A stretch of 64,000 nt of DNA from Heteronotia binoei (taxonomy: Eukaryota): the NCBI RefSeq assembly GCF_032191835.1, contig NC_083224.1:163680001-163744000 (forward strand). Direction: 5' to 3'. This document shows positions 1 to 13,388 of the stretch, in pieces; the first letter of the stretch is position 1, and each line of letters begins with the position of its first letter. The position numbers and the translations under genes are program-made. Under the pieces are notes generated by a model. The model was not told where the DNA came from and ran no database searches. It saw only the letters and a program-made list of their open reading frames with translations.

Positions 1-709
1 ACAGCATCTGCTTTTCAATGAGAGTACTGAACCTGCTAGCATCTTTAGAAACTTCTCCATCCCCTCCCTGCTTTCTCTTCTCAGATACATAAAAAAGTTG
101 TAAAACTGACTTGCCCAGGGTCAGGCAGATTTCCTGTCCAAGCTGTAATTTAGTCTTGAGACAGGAAATTTGAGAGCAAACCCTAATGAATTCAATGGGA
201 TCTTCTCTTCTATTAAATCTGAATAGGATTTAACTGCCCATTCTGTACAAAGGATGTTGGGAATGCCAGGCTCTTTGCTTAAATGGAAGGCACATATCAC
301 ATTTTCTGACCTTTTCAGTGTGCCCCATTAAAACAGGTATTTTCCTATTAGAATAATTCTTGAAAAAAGTAGCCATATGTTTGATGCTATCATTGTTATT
401 TCCATGAAATGGCATTTCCCTGAAATGGCAATATTAAAGCATTGCCCATTTTTTGCTGTAATATATTCAGAAAAGCTTATGTGTTGAGAGAGGTGCCCCA
501 TGAAAACATTTCACAATTCTCAAATTACTGTACAACTAAAATATACTGTATAATCAGGGTTTTTTCCCAGGTATACCATCCCAAAAAAAGAGGGCTTACA
601 ACTGCATACATGTTAACAGTTATATCCAGTAAAATATATATATAACTTTTTAGGGGGGCTGCCTTCACATTTAGGGTCTTCTTCTTTATGAGTAAATACT
701 GTAATATCA

Positions 710-817
<108 letters not shown>

Positions 818-1550
818 CTAGGAAAAAAACAGTGGCCTTCCTTTGAGGAGAAGCATATAGCAATAGAGAAGCTGCCTGATGGGTCCTGCAAAGGAACCCT
901 TTACTAGACTACAATAAGTTTTTTCAGACTGAAGAGTCACAATCAGCCCAAGTCCACCAAGCAGTGAAACAAGGATGCTGAGATTAAGACTAGAAACTTG
1001 CATTGGTTGTTCACAGTATAACTCTCCCTTACTCTTATCCACTAGTATTTAATAGCCAATGTTAACCAAACTGCTTTAACAGGAAACCAAATGGATGTTG
1101 CGGATCATTAACATCTGAAGCTTAACTCAAAAGTTCCTATAGTACAGAATGCATTCCTGATATTTCATGCGATCAGGGAGGAAGTTGTTAACAAGGCTTG
1201 CCTTATTATAAGGCAGGACCAAATAAACTGTGAAATCAGTCCCATGAACAGAGGAAGGCTATAAACTTATTTCTTCTCAAACAAAATTCCACCTCATAGC
1301 TCCACCGCCAGCAGCAGAACTGGCCATTTCTGAAACTGAAAAAGAGTTTCAAAAACAGTTCAAGCAAAAACAAAGTACCAAGTATCAATACTAGCCCTTT
1401 GCTTAAGCTTTACAGATTGTGATTTTTATTGAGGAGACATTCCTTCCCTTATACAATCATGAAACATGGACTGCATTCATGAGACACAATAAAAATACAT
1501 TTATTCAAAGAGGTATATATGTAAATGACAAGACAACATTACTATCTTAC

Positions 1551-1603
1551 TTCTATTCTTGGTTTCTTTGCTTCTGCTAGTATTTCATCCGCTGCTCTTT
1601 TAA
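1551..1603 (-). CDS. CDC73: Parafibromin coding exon 5
   Basis: 53 nt, (V)KRAADEILAEAKKPRIE, containing the basic NLS-like stretch. Acceptor tttgtag, donor gtaaga. Confidence 0.96.
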
Positions 1604-1684
1604 CTACAAAAAAATTTAAAAGTTATTAATGGGGCGGCCTTTCACAAAATGGTATCATTACTGCCCTTGATAATTAAATCATAC

Positions 1685-1747
1685 CTTGAGTGGATCGTTG
1701 AAGACCTATTTCAAGTGGTGCACTTCTGTCTATACTTGATGATGTTG
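1685..1747 (-). CDS. CDC73: Parafibromin coding exon 4
   Basis: 63 nt, (S)TSSSIDRSAPLEIGLQRSTQ(V). Acceptor tatctag, donor gtatga; 81-nt intron to exon 5. Confidence 0.96.
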
Positions 1748-2219
1748 CTAGATAGCACAAATGAGAAAACACCAATAATAATGATTATTTTTAAAAGGTA
1801 CAGGCACAAAGCAATCAGTGGGGGGGGGGGAGAGGAAAGAGTAGAAAGGATAACTGGGCAATAATAAAAAGAACTGTTTTTCCTTACCAGGCATCTTGTG
1901 CATACAGTATATATCAAGCACAAACAATATCCCTGATTGCCAACTTTACTTAGCACACATTTTATTGGACTATTTCTTGCCCTTTTGTTTTTTGGCTGTA
2001 GACAGTCAAGAGCACTCAAGGATCTATTCAGATCTTCACCCAAATTTCATGTTAGGATTCCAGGATTTCTGATTCATATATAGGCTAAGCTTAAATATCA
2101 TTAGAGGAAAGTAGGTTAGTACTACTTGGCCTCTGAATGTTTGAGGAAATCCAAGGCTTCCCAGCTACAAATACTATAACTTGTAAAAAAAATGAGAAAG
2201 TTAAATGAACTTAACTCAC

Positions 2220-2289
2220 ATGTTTCCCCATTTAGGTATGCAAGTAGATCTTTTCTGTCAGGTCTTCTTACCACTGGAATGTTCTCAGT
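2220..2289 (-). CDS. CDC73: Parafibromin coding exon 3
   Basis: 70 nt, [23 protein letters not shown](S). Acceptor tttttag, donor gtgagt. Confidence 0.96.
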
Positions 2290-5200
2290 CTAAAAAGAAG
2301 GCAAGTTTGGTATTAGAAACCAACAGTACCTTAAGAAGCTTAGTTTCAAAACAAACCCAAACTAACAGATTATGCAATAAAGCTTGGTGTCGAACCATTT
2401 CTTATCCCTCAGTGTAGACAAACATGGCAAATATACCAGCTTGCCAATAAAATGCCAGCACCCAGAAAAAGAGCAGGTGTGAATTCTGTTTTGCACAAAT
2501 GCCAGCACTGGTAAGAGAGGTTCAAACTGGCAAGGACCAGGACCTCAAGGACTTGCAGCTATGACTACTCCAACCAGTAACAGCAGTCACTAAGTGTTGC
2601 ATGAAAGCCATCTATTTCCACCCCAAGAATGCTTGGGGATTGCTTCAGGCACAAGGTCCACAGGATACCAATGAAACATTTTGCATGGCATGTGAAAGAA
2701 GAAGATTCTGCTTTGGGCACTACACCATTAATACCTGCAGGACAAACTATATGTTGCATGGAAATATGTGCCACTACCAGTTGCTTCTTCTAGACAAGTA
2801 GCTTCCAGCACAGGTCTGCCTGAAAAAAAGATGCTTCATCCTTTTTTCACACATCATGAGGGGAAAAGGTAACTGCTCAGTTGGGAGAAGGAAATGAAAG
2901 TCACAGGCAGAAAAGCCAATAAGCACATTATCTTGACCACTTCAAACTGCCTCATTTCAAAGTCTGTTCTTCTAGAAATAACCGCAACTAGCATATTATA
3001 TGAGCTTGCATTCAGTGGCACATAAGACATAAAAAAGGGAATATCAATGCATTATCATTTCAGTGTGATCAAACACAGCAGAACGGACAAAGGGATGAAA
3101 CCTTCAGATTTTTTTTTTTTTTACCAACAGCACTGTAACGGTTCATTTTAAATTAATTTTAGCTGGCTCCATTTAAACACATTTAATTAAGTCTGGAACA
3201 GTCAGGGGATACCTGATTAATGATTTTAACAATATTTTTTACCTTTCTGAAAAGACATATTCAGGAGCAATACAGCCCTCACAGTGCATGGCTGGCAATG
3301 AAGGACCACAAGGGTTAAGGCCAAAAAACCTAGACATGGCCAGGAAATGATATATAATTATTTAGTGTGTTCCAGTGTCTAAAGAACTGGGGGATCTGTG
3401 TTCAAATCCCTGCTCTGTCATACACTCACCATATGGCTTTGACTTCACCAACTTCCTACCACATAACAAAATGAGTACTGTTACAATCACAATTCTTCAT
3501 TCTTCAAATTCTGATTAGTACATATTTGGTTTTCTAGAATGCACTTTTTCAATGCCTTAGGAGAGATAACAATGTTGTAGAATGTTACATGCAATGTTAT
3601 GCATGTAGTGTTAAAAATAACAATAACTGAAATATTTTTAAACACACTCAATTAAAATAACAGTTAACTTATAAAAGAAGAATATGGCTTCCTGTAATTT
3701 CTGCAAACCAAAATATGCCTAAGTGCCACAGAGATCCAGGGCATATAAGACTAAGGTGTTAACATATCACAGGAAATTTAATGTTTGAAAACATGATTTT
3801 AGAAGTATTTCATTTGCTCACAGCTGCCAGTACAAAAATGCATGTGAAGTCACAAAGACTCTGTGTGTTTCCCCACTCCCCTGGTGGTACTAAAATTATC
3901 TCTGTTCTTAGAGCTGGGTTCCCATTGTTCGTTCTCTGAGCTCCTACAGCAAAGTGGCTGTTTCTAAGAGGTACTTTACAACAAACATCCTTTATAGTGT
4001 ATCTACTTGCTCTCCTTTTGAAGCTTTATCTTGTTCTTTGAGGAGCAATGCAAAGCACAGATCAAGCAGGAAAATAAGCAGAAGTACCACAACAATGTGC
4101 AAGATTACAAGCTGTAAGGCTAAAATGGACAGAGAACAAACCCAGACAAAATGGGTGGCTTCTATTAGATAGAACAAGGGTAGTACCATTACAAGACATC
4201 TGCCATTATTTAAAATTGCAATTGATAAGAGTGAACACTTTGACTATAGAGATGGAATAGCAACTTCTTTAGACTGAGAGGGTCTCTGCTCCAGCATCAA
4301 GCCAGTCTGAATAGACAACTCTGCCATCAATTATCATGGATCTAGCATTTTGTATCACATGATGATGTCACAGGAAACATACCACCCATACATTTGACAA
4401 CTTAGTAGGAGTGGAAAAATAGTGGAAAGGGCCTGATTTCATGAAATCCTGATCTTCTGAATTTGAAATGTTCAGTTCTGAGCCAAAGGCACATGGCACA
4501 CAGACTGAGATGTGTACTCAATTGGAGAGAGAACGGCACAGAGACTAAGTGCGCAGCAGCAGAAAACTGGACACTGACTTACAGGAATTGTGCCAATGCA
4601 ATGCCAGCTTTCTGCTAATCACAGTTAGCAAACTAGGGGCAAACCTTAGAGAAGCCTGCTCCCACTTCACAACTCTTTCTCTTCCAGAGCAAATGATCCT
4701 TTTCCAATGTAGGTCAGGCAATTCATGATCAACTGACATTCCCTCTGCTGCTAAGGATAACCAGAACTTCCCTGAATCTAGACCTCAAACCACCTTAAAA
4801 TCAGTTTCAGATCCTGGGTTATTAGAAATTCTAGTAGGGCTTAGTGTTGTTAAAGTCATTCCAAGGAAGCTGAGTGAAATGGGAGAGGGAGACAGGAGAC
4901 CCTGAGAGTAAAGTGTCAGAAAAGGCTGACCACCATTTCATGAATTGCTGTTAAAAAGGAGCTGAAGTTATGACTGTATTGGCCTACAGCAAGAAGAAAA
5001 ACCTATATTCTGAGTACATTACAATAATTAAATGGCCCAAGCAGCAATGACTGAATTTCACTCAGCATAACTGCCACTCCCTCTCTTTAGTCCTAAAAGC
5101 TTTATCTGACTCCATCCCAAAATACCTCCAGTGCCTGCTGAAAAGTTAATGTAGAATTCCAAATCCACAAAAAGTGGTTGCGAAACATGAGAGCTAAGTA

Positions 5201-5362
5201 CACTGATGCAAATGTGTCCAATTTAAGTAATGTGTTGCAGGACTGTGATTTTGCAGTTACTGCCTTGGGAATCCTTTCGCGTAAAATGTCACTCTAAAAT
5301 GATATAAGCATACAGGTGACAAGCAGGCAACCCAAGAATTTCACCAAGTAACATCAGAACTA

Positions 5363-5578
<216 letters not shown>

Positions 5579-7730
5579 CTAACTGCGCTGATGTACTGAA
5601 ATAAGCATGTAGGTTGAGCAGCTGTGTTTAGAACCAGAGTGAGATTGCCCATATGCTGGCAAATCTCTTGGGTAGTTTCTTAAGGACTCTATACTAAATA
5701 GGGTGCTAAAGATTTTAGCAGTCAAAGTTCAGCTACCCAAGTTATATTTTAAGACGACATTACAGATATGCATGTGTGCAATAAAACTTTTGCAAAGTTT
5801 GCCAAGGAAAGTCAGCCAACTTGCTTGCTCTCTTCCCCATCACAGCTGATGGACATTTTATCTTTTCTCACATTGACAACCACAATGATTTCCCCTGGCC
5901 TGAGCCTACAGGGTTAAAACTGCAAAATCTTCTTTTCCTTGCCCTCACCGTTAAGCTTTATTTAATTCAACTAGGACTTAAGGTAGGATCAATGTAATAA
6001 ACTAATGTATCAGAACCTGCACCAATAAACTCTGGATGAAATATGTGATATGACTTTATCTCAAAGTAGTTCCACCAGCACAAGACACAAAATTTTAAAA
6101 GGCCAAACTAATGCTGATGGTTACAGACTAAGAATGGAATGAAAAATCTGGCCACAGTACAATACTGTACAGCAAGACTTTTTTCCACAGAAATATTTTC
6201 TTGCAGCAAGAGTAATTAATTATCAAGCATTTCTTCTAGAACATCTTTCTGTGGGCAAGAAAGTGGCACGAGCAATCTACTCCGGAGCTGAACATTTTAC
6301 AGTAAGTGTCAACTGTAGCATAAGATGTTCAACATTTCCCCTTATAACTACAAAACAAAAAGTTCAGCAATCATGGCAACACATTGCTCTAAATGTTAGA
6401 TCACACAAGCTTCATAGCAATCACTAATTTTTAAAAGCCTCCAAAAGGCTTTCAATTGAATGGTAGACAAAAAAAAAGGAGGTGGGGGAATAATGATTCA
6501 GTGTGGATGCAACTGCAGACAGATGATCACTCATAAATAAATGTATTTCAAAAAATGCCAACCCTCAATGTAAACCTAAGTAGTTCTTAGTTAATGGCTG
6601 ACAATCTGTTTGGATGGGCACTTTGCTCATGTAAAATTTTGAACAAACAAAATACAAACCTGCTTGACAAGTACTTAAATTGCTCACTGCCAGCTAACCA
6701 GACTAGGTGATCAGCTCATATCTGATCATCTCATTCAAACAAGGTAAGTTTGACTGTTCGATAAGTTTTGACATAAAATTGACAGAATCCCTCATTTTAA
6801 TAATAGTAACATTATATTTCTATGACACTTCTTCCCCTTCGCAACCTAAATGCAGCCTGTGTAGGAGTCCCAGGAGTTCTCACACTGATTTAACCCGCCT
6901 TAGCAATATAATGAAACCCTTGGTAAAAAGGAAACCAGTATAAAGTCACAATAGATTGTCTCCACTGAGCTATCACTGTCAAAATAATGGATGGTTTTTC
7001 AAACAGTATCGTTTCTTATGAAACTGATTCTAAATAGAGAACCGTTACAATAACATTCCTTAAAAAGCCCGCAGTGAAAGGCTCCGACACCTGGGTGGTG
7101 CACACAGGCATGCAACAAATTGCAAACAATGAAATAATCACAACACAGTTCCTTCACAACAAAATGCCCACAACAAAATAAAATACTTCTCTTAAGTTCT
7201 TGAATTCAAAATAGGTGAAAATTCTGGATAGAAGCCAAATTGATTATCCATTCTGGTGATGTTTCACATTTCGGAGTCTGTCCTTTATCAGATTACTTTT
7301 GGCTATTAAAGTGGGAACCCAATTCTCCAATTATAATCTCTATCTGGCAGTAACTCAATGCTTTCAAATGGAAGGGTTTGAAAAACCATCCATTTTCAAG
7401 CAATGTGTTTTTGTTTGAAAACAATAATGGATTCAAACACTATTGTTTGAAAAAACATCCACTATCTTGACAGTGATAGTTCGGTGGAGACAATCTATTG
7501 TGTCTTTATACTGGTGTACTCTTCCTCAGCTGCAGCAAGAATACTGTACTACATACTTACCAACCATTATCCTGGGAACCAATGAAATGAAGGAAAACAC
7601 CACAGTTCACACACAATAACAAAGAAAAAAGTCTGGACAGCTACATCTAGAATCATCAAATCACAGAGTTGGAAGGGGCCATACAGACCATCTAGTCCAA
7701 CCTCCTGCTCAGTGTAGGATCAGCCCAGAG

Positions 7731-9228
7731 CCGTGGTGTTAAACATGTGGCCTGCAGGTCAGAACAAGGTCCATAAGCAACTGGTTCTCTCTTGCTTTAT
7801 CCTCCTGGGCTGCTGCCCCATCACAAAGCCCTTTCTTCCCTCCAATGACTGAGATTTCCTCTTCCTCCTTCCGGGAGGAAGAAAAGGGGGAAGAAATGAA
7901 AGTGTGCATGCCCCAGAGAAAAGCTTCCTCAATTGTTCTATCCTGCTTCATCCTCAGGGCTGTTGCTGGGTCACCAAACCTCTTTGGTCCACTGGCTGAG
8001 ATCTCCTCCTCCTTTGGAGAAGGAAGGAGAAAGGGGGGAAGGAAAAAGAGAGAGTGCCTGAAAAAGTGATGGAGTCCTGTAGCACTCTTAAAACCAACGA
8101 AATTTTATTCCAGGTATAAGTTTTTGCATGCATGCACACTTTTTCGGAGAGAGGAAGAGAAAGACAAGCACAATTTACATTAAGATTGCTCAGCTCTGCT
8201 TCTTTACTTTGAGACCTGATCTCTCACACATACATGCATTACATTCACAGACGACCTCATTGGCAGGCTTTCTTCACATTAACCGCCTTCCCCTTTGCTT
8301 TTTAACTATTTTATTATCATCACTGCATGGATTTTGTCCAGTTTGAAATCCACATATTATTTCACTTGGAGAGATCCCCCTTTCCAGTTCTAACAGATGG
8401 GGAAAAAATAGAAACCTAACAGTACAGCTTGAAATCTTTATTAGTATAAGGGAGCAAGAGTACAGTAGCACCTTAAAAACTAACAAAAATTATGGCAGGG
8501 CATGAACATTCATGAGTCTTTGCTCACTTCTTCAGATATCGTTAGAATGTGAGTCATCTCTCCTTTTATCTCCAAGACTGAAGTGGTTTCAGATGCCAAA
8601 TGACCACAGCAGTATTGACAATGGGAGAAGAAACCTAGGTCTCAATTCAGTCCAGAAGGATTCATTGCTCTGAGCTTCACTATCAGTTGCAGCTCAGCAG
8701 TCTCTCTTTCTAATCTCCATTTGAAATTCCTTTGTAAGAGAACTGCCAATTTTAGGTCAGCAACTGAATGCCCCAGAAGGTTAAAATGTCCTACCACTGG
8801 TTTTTGAATATTGTGGTTTCTAATAGCAGTAGAGAGAGTAAGAGTCCAATAGCACCCTAAAGACTAACAAAATATGTGGTAGGGTATAAGCTCTCATGAG
8901 TCACTACTCACATCTTCAGACTTCTGTCCATTTATTCTTTGCATCCTCCTGGACTGAATCCTTCTGGACGAAATCAAGACGTAGGTTTCCTGTCTCATTA
9001 CCAATGCTGATTTTTCCACACCTACTAACCCTCTGCATATCACACCTAATCCAAGCAAGCCTGCTACTGTCATTCAACTTCTGAAATCATTTTTATCAAG
9101 TTTATATCTCCAGTACCTCTTTTTATAAAGCTTATATCTCCAGTACTTATAGCACACATAGCCTGGCCATACATAGTGTCATTTATGTCAGATCCAGACT
9201 CTGAATCCAGGTGAATTTGACACCTCTG
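7731..9228. mobile_element. Non-autonomous hAT element carrying Penelope-derived sequence
   Basis: Ends ccgtggtgttaaac / aatttgacacctctg (CAGGGGTGTCAAAC-type TIR). 8-bp TSD gcccagag/gcctagaa (6/8). Confidence 0.75.
8445..9075 (-). mobile_element. Penelope-like (Neptune-type) relic: GIY-YIG C-terminus and two pLTR/hammerhead segments
   Basis: 8824 to 8642 translates IRNHNIQKPVVGHFNLLGHSVADLKLAVLLQRNFKWRLERETAELQLIVKLRAMNPSGLN*. Flanked by CUGAAGA...stem II...GAA(U)/GAGA motifs. Confidence 0.75.
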
Positions 9229-10204
9229 GCCTAGAACATCCCTGACAAGTGTTTGTTCAGTCACTGCTTAAAGACTACCAGTGAGGAGGAGCTCATCCCA
9301 TCCTTAAGTAGCTGATTCCACTGTTGGAACAACTCTTACTGTGAAATTTTTTTTCTAATATCCAGCCGATAACTTCCCACCCTTCATTTAAACCCACTAT
9401 TGCAAGTCCTATCCTCTGCTGCCAGCATAGCTCCTGCCCTCCTCTAAATCACAACTGTGATGGACTGCAAGGCTTTTAGATAAGCAGCAAGGAACCAAGA
9501 GAGCTGTTAGGTCACATGGCTAAGAGCTGTGACTTCAGACTGCTTAGAATTCTGAGGAATTGAGGGTGAGGAAGAACCAGTGAGACAGTGAGTTGAGAGG
9601 GTCGGTCAGAGCATTCAGATCTAGAGAGAAGATTTGTGAAGAAGCAGACAGTTTGAGAGGACACTATTGCTAGAGACCAAGTTCTGCTGATTACCTCTAG
9701 AGAGAGAGGGTAGTTAAATAAAAAGAGCCTCAAATAGAAAAACTCCTTGGTGTTAAAAAGTCACACACACTTCGCAGAGAAAGCTTTTACTCAGTTGAGA
9801 AAAGACTAAGAGTCTGGAAAGGCAACTTGCCAAAGGGCCTGGATAGAGACAAGGACAATCTCATAGGTCAGGCGAAACAGGTAATTCTCCCGGTGTATAG
9901 AGATAGAAGCCCCGACTTAGAAACAACAGGAGATATTAGCATGAGAAGTGGAATAACTGTGTGTGTTCTCAGAGCCACCAAGAAAGTAACTGCATAAGCT
10001 ATACCAGTATAACATCTGCCTGGAGTAAATTAAAATGAAGCATTAAATTAAAGTGCCTGAATTTATGACCTGAAGTCATCAAACTCCCTGAAAGTGTCAG
10101 CCTAAAAAAGGTATGAGCCAACGTGAAGGAGTGTACATTACCAACACATTTTACAATAAAGTTTTGTTTTTTATTTTTGCAGTAAGCTACCACAAAGATA
10201 TTTA

Positions 10205-11980
10205 CCGTATTTGCTGGCGTATAAGACGACTTTTTTGCCCAGAAAAACATGCCTCCAAGTGGGGGGGCCGTCTTGTACGCCGGGTGCACTTCAGTTGGGA
10301 TACCGTATTTCCCCGAAAATAAGACCTTCCCAAAAAATAAGCCCTAGCAGGATTTCTATGCATTTGTGATGGGCTTATTTTTTGGGTAGGTCTTATTTTC
10401 GGGGAAATACGGTAGATCCAAAGCACAAGGGACGGGTCACGGGGCGAGAGGCTGTCTTTTGCTGTGGAGGGAAAAGGTGCTGTGCAAGCCCGATCCTTTG
10501 CATGCTTACTTGGAAGTAAGCCCTTTCTGAGTTCTGTGGTTGCTCGCTCTCTGGCTGCTGTCTTTGCAGCCTTGAAACGAAAACCCAAAGCAACCACCTA
10601 TACATTACGGTATTTAGCGACCTTCTGTCTCCTGTTCCTAGGGATTTGCTGCCTTGCAGCTTTCGCTTCGGGGGAGAATAAGGGGGCAGTTTTCATTCAG
10701 CAGGAGAAAGGGGGCGTGGATGCTCTTCGAGCCTTTCTCCCTTTTCTTGCTGGTGGGCAAACCAGACTTGCATTTGCTTACAGGCTCCGTCTGTCGTTCT
10801 CTGTTTGTACGGGGAGGGGGAGAGGCAAGAGATCTGCTGGCCGGGTGTGTTTGTCTGTGACTGTAGCTGCACGCAGGCAGAGATGTGCTCCCCCCACCCC
10901 CAGTTTCCACCAACGATCATTCCCCCCTTCCCTCCCCTGTATCGCTTCGGCTGTAAATGCCCTTATTGCAGATGGTCTCCCATTTCTCCAGCTTCCAATT
11001 TTGCCCCAGAGATGGAGGATGGGAAAACGCAGTAAAAAGATATTATCCAGGGCAGGGAGGATTTCTACTTTAAAAAAATATTGCAAAGATGGCTCCTCCC
11101 CCCCCCCCTTTTTATTTGCACCTTGACTCCCTGCATCCTTTGGCCTGCTGGCTGGTGGGGAGAGAAGCTGACGCATCTAAAGCGATGAGCGGCCTCCCAG
11201 CTGGCATTTTTAAAAAGGGAAAAAAGCCTCACGAAAACCAGTGGCTCCTCTCCGCACATGCTGCTTTCCGGGGTTGGGGGCGGGGGGGGGGGGCTGTCTT
11301 TGAAGCGCGCGAGCCTGTGGGTGCTCTTGCGTGCGTGTGCAGGCATCCTTCTCTGACCCGGCCGGGTAACAATGAGAGAGGGAGAGACAGAAAAAGTGGC
11401 CCAACACCACCAAATTAAATTCCTGAAAGATTGGGGATTTGAACTCAAGTCTTCCAGATTCTAGTCCAGCAACCACTATACCACACTGGCCAGGAGACTT
11501 TAGTTTATTTTACCTGAACATGCCTGTGTTTGAACTTCCTTTCCTCCTTGTTAAACTCTCCCTCCTCTTCTTCTGTTGTTTCTGTACTATTGAAGTTCTA
11601 ACTATAAGATTGCTTCAGGTGGGGACTTGCTTTCTGTGTTTATATTATGCACTAGTACAACTCCCAAAACACTTTCTCCCTACTCAGCTGCCATATTCTG
11701 CCACTCTTCCTCTCCAGTGAACGCTAAGGGTGGGAGCTCAGGGGGCGAGAAATCATCCATCTTAAAAGGGCCACGCTTATTTGGTCTAGAGATAGACTAC
11801 TCTGCAAGCTCTGCCACCCAGCGCTAGATGAGGCAGGAACAAAGAGGAGAAAGTGTGTGGAAGGTGTGCGGAAGAGGGGGTAGTCTTAAACGGCGAGTAT
11901 ATAACAAACTCTATATTTTGAGTGGAAATGTTGGGGGGTCGTCTTATACGCCCAGTCGTCTTATACGCCGGCAAATACGG
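10205..11980. mobile_element. Non-autonomous Tc1/mariner (Tigger/pogo-type) element, 1776 bp
   Basis: TIRs ccgtatttgctggcgtataagacgac / gtcgtcttatacgccggcaaatacgg (1 mismatch in 26). TA at both ends; no transposase ORF. Confidence 0.85.
10303..10412. mobile_element. 110-bp Tigger-type MITE nested in the larger element
   Basis: Perfect 25-bp TIR ccgtatttccccgaaaataagacct plus a 16-bp subterminal inverted repeat; TA on both sides. Confidence 0.85.
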
Positions 11981-13388
11981 TAGTTGCATTTATTGCAGCA
12001 GCAGTACAGCTGAAAGAAAAGGGGAAGTGGATGTCACTGTAAAAGGTAATCAGTCAGAAAATCATACAAAGACTGACCAAGTCTTTAATCAGAAAATGGT
12101 ATACTTTACATACTTAAAGAGAGCAATCATATGAATCACAACTACGGTTTACAGCAGGACTAGACTAAACTGATTTGGAATCTAAGTTAGAAAACAAGAA
12201 AGCAAACCACAGTTTGTATATTGCAAATGAAACTATGGCTTTTTGCAGTAATGAAAATGTCCAGGCTATGCTGGAATGAAAAGGCAAATGGGTGGGTGGA
12301 GCAAAGAAATCTCAGAACGTGAAAGCCTGGAGTTGCCTTCAAATTGGGGAGAAGGGATAAGATTTCAGAAAGAAAGCAATTGACACAATAGTTGGGAGAA
12401 CACAAGCTAAATAGTAAATAAAGCAGCATAAATCTAACAAAAAAAAAGGAAATGAAAAGCAAACCTGAGACAAGAGAAGAATGCAAATTAAGGAGTAGCT
12501 AGGACAAAAACACAACCCTTAAGAAATGTGAGCCACTTCCCCCACCCTCTAGCTTGTATAAAGGTACAGGAAGACAAAGGATTGAGAAAAGAGACTTGTT
12601 TCATTTCCTAGAGTGGGAGAAAAAGAAGGAAAATATAAATAACCAAATTACTATATTAGAAAGAAGAGGGGTTCTGGAAACTCTCGCACCTTCCTGCCCC
12701 CGTTTAGAAAGGGGATAGAGGAGCCACAACATTTCAACAGCCCGCCTTTTTGCAAATTTCTCCCCACTGATCCTCCTCAACTTCACCCACTCCAATGGAA
12801 ACACAACATGATGTCAACACCAGCTCCTGCTTTCCTCATCCTCTCTCCTATGCAGCCTCGTTTTATACAGTTTCCAAGAAAATGATGCTGGAAGGGGGGG
12901 GGGCGCATGTGCATATGCAAGTCTTAATCAGAGACACATGATCAGTAGCTATAACAAAATATAAACTAAACTTAATTTGAACATTTAGTAATACAATTAT
13001 TGACTTCAAGTTACTTTTGAAGCAGCCTTCATACTCTTAATCTTGTGCTGTACCTTCTGAACCAAATCACATGGGATATTTTCCCCATTTTATTCAGAAA
13101 TATTCAAACTTACAAGTTACAGGAGTGTAATGGTCAACTTGAGGTACAGAGACCACAGTTCAAAATCTTGTTCAACTTTGGTAGCCCTGGCCACAGCTCA
13201 GCCTAACAGATTTTATAAGAATAAACATGAGACTATTCCTCCCAGATTAGTATTATATCCTTTACAGGCTAAAGGCTAAAAATGACTTTTCTAACCACCA
13301 CAAAATCTAAAATGACTTTTAGCCTATAGGCTAAAAATAACTTTTCTAACCACCACAAAATCTGGACTTCCAGTCTAATACTTGATAC

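Larger units (their letters stand above)
7628..9450 (-). mobile_element. CR1 LINE 3' fragment (7628-7730 plus 9229-9450), split by a hAT insertion
   Basis: Typical CR1 3' end (agaatcatcaaatcacagagttggaagggg...tctagtccaacc) resumes after the insert as catccctgacaagtg...aaatttttttctaatatccag. Confidence 0.75.

Noticed and set aside
640-691. Purine-rich exon-like stretch in CDC73 intron 6 (VFTHKEEDPKCEGSPPK)
   Set aside because: Acceptor is plausible but the donor is weak, and it has no similarity to CDC73 exon 7.
9456-10014. Possible solo LTR (TG...CA, purine-rich, internal AATAAA)
   Set aside because: No target-site duplication (acaac vs tctgc), and no PBS, PPT or second copy seen.
10464-11126. 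220-aa ORF and overlapping ORFs inside the Tigger-type element
   Set aside because: No DDE/D or HTH transposase motifs; low-complexity GC-rich sequence that is open in several frames by chance.
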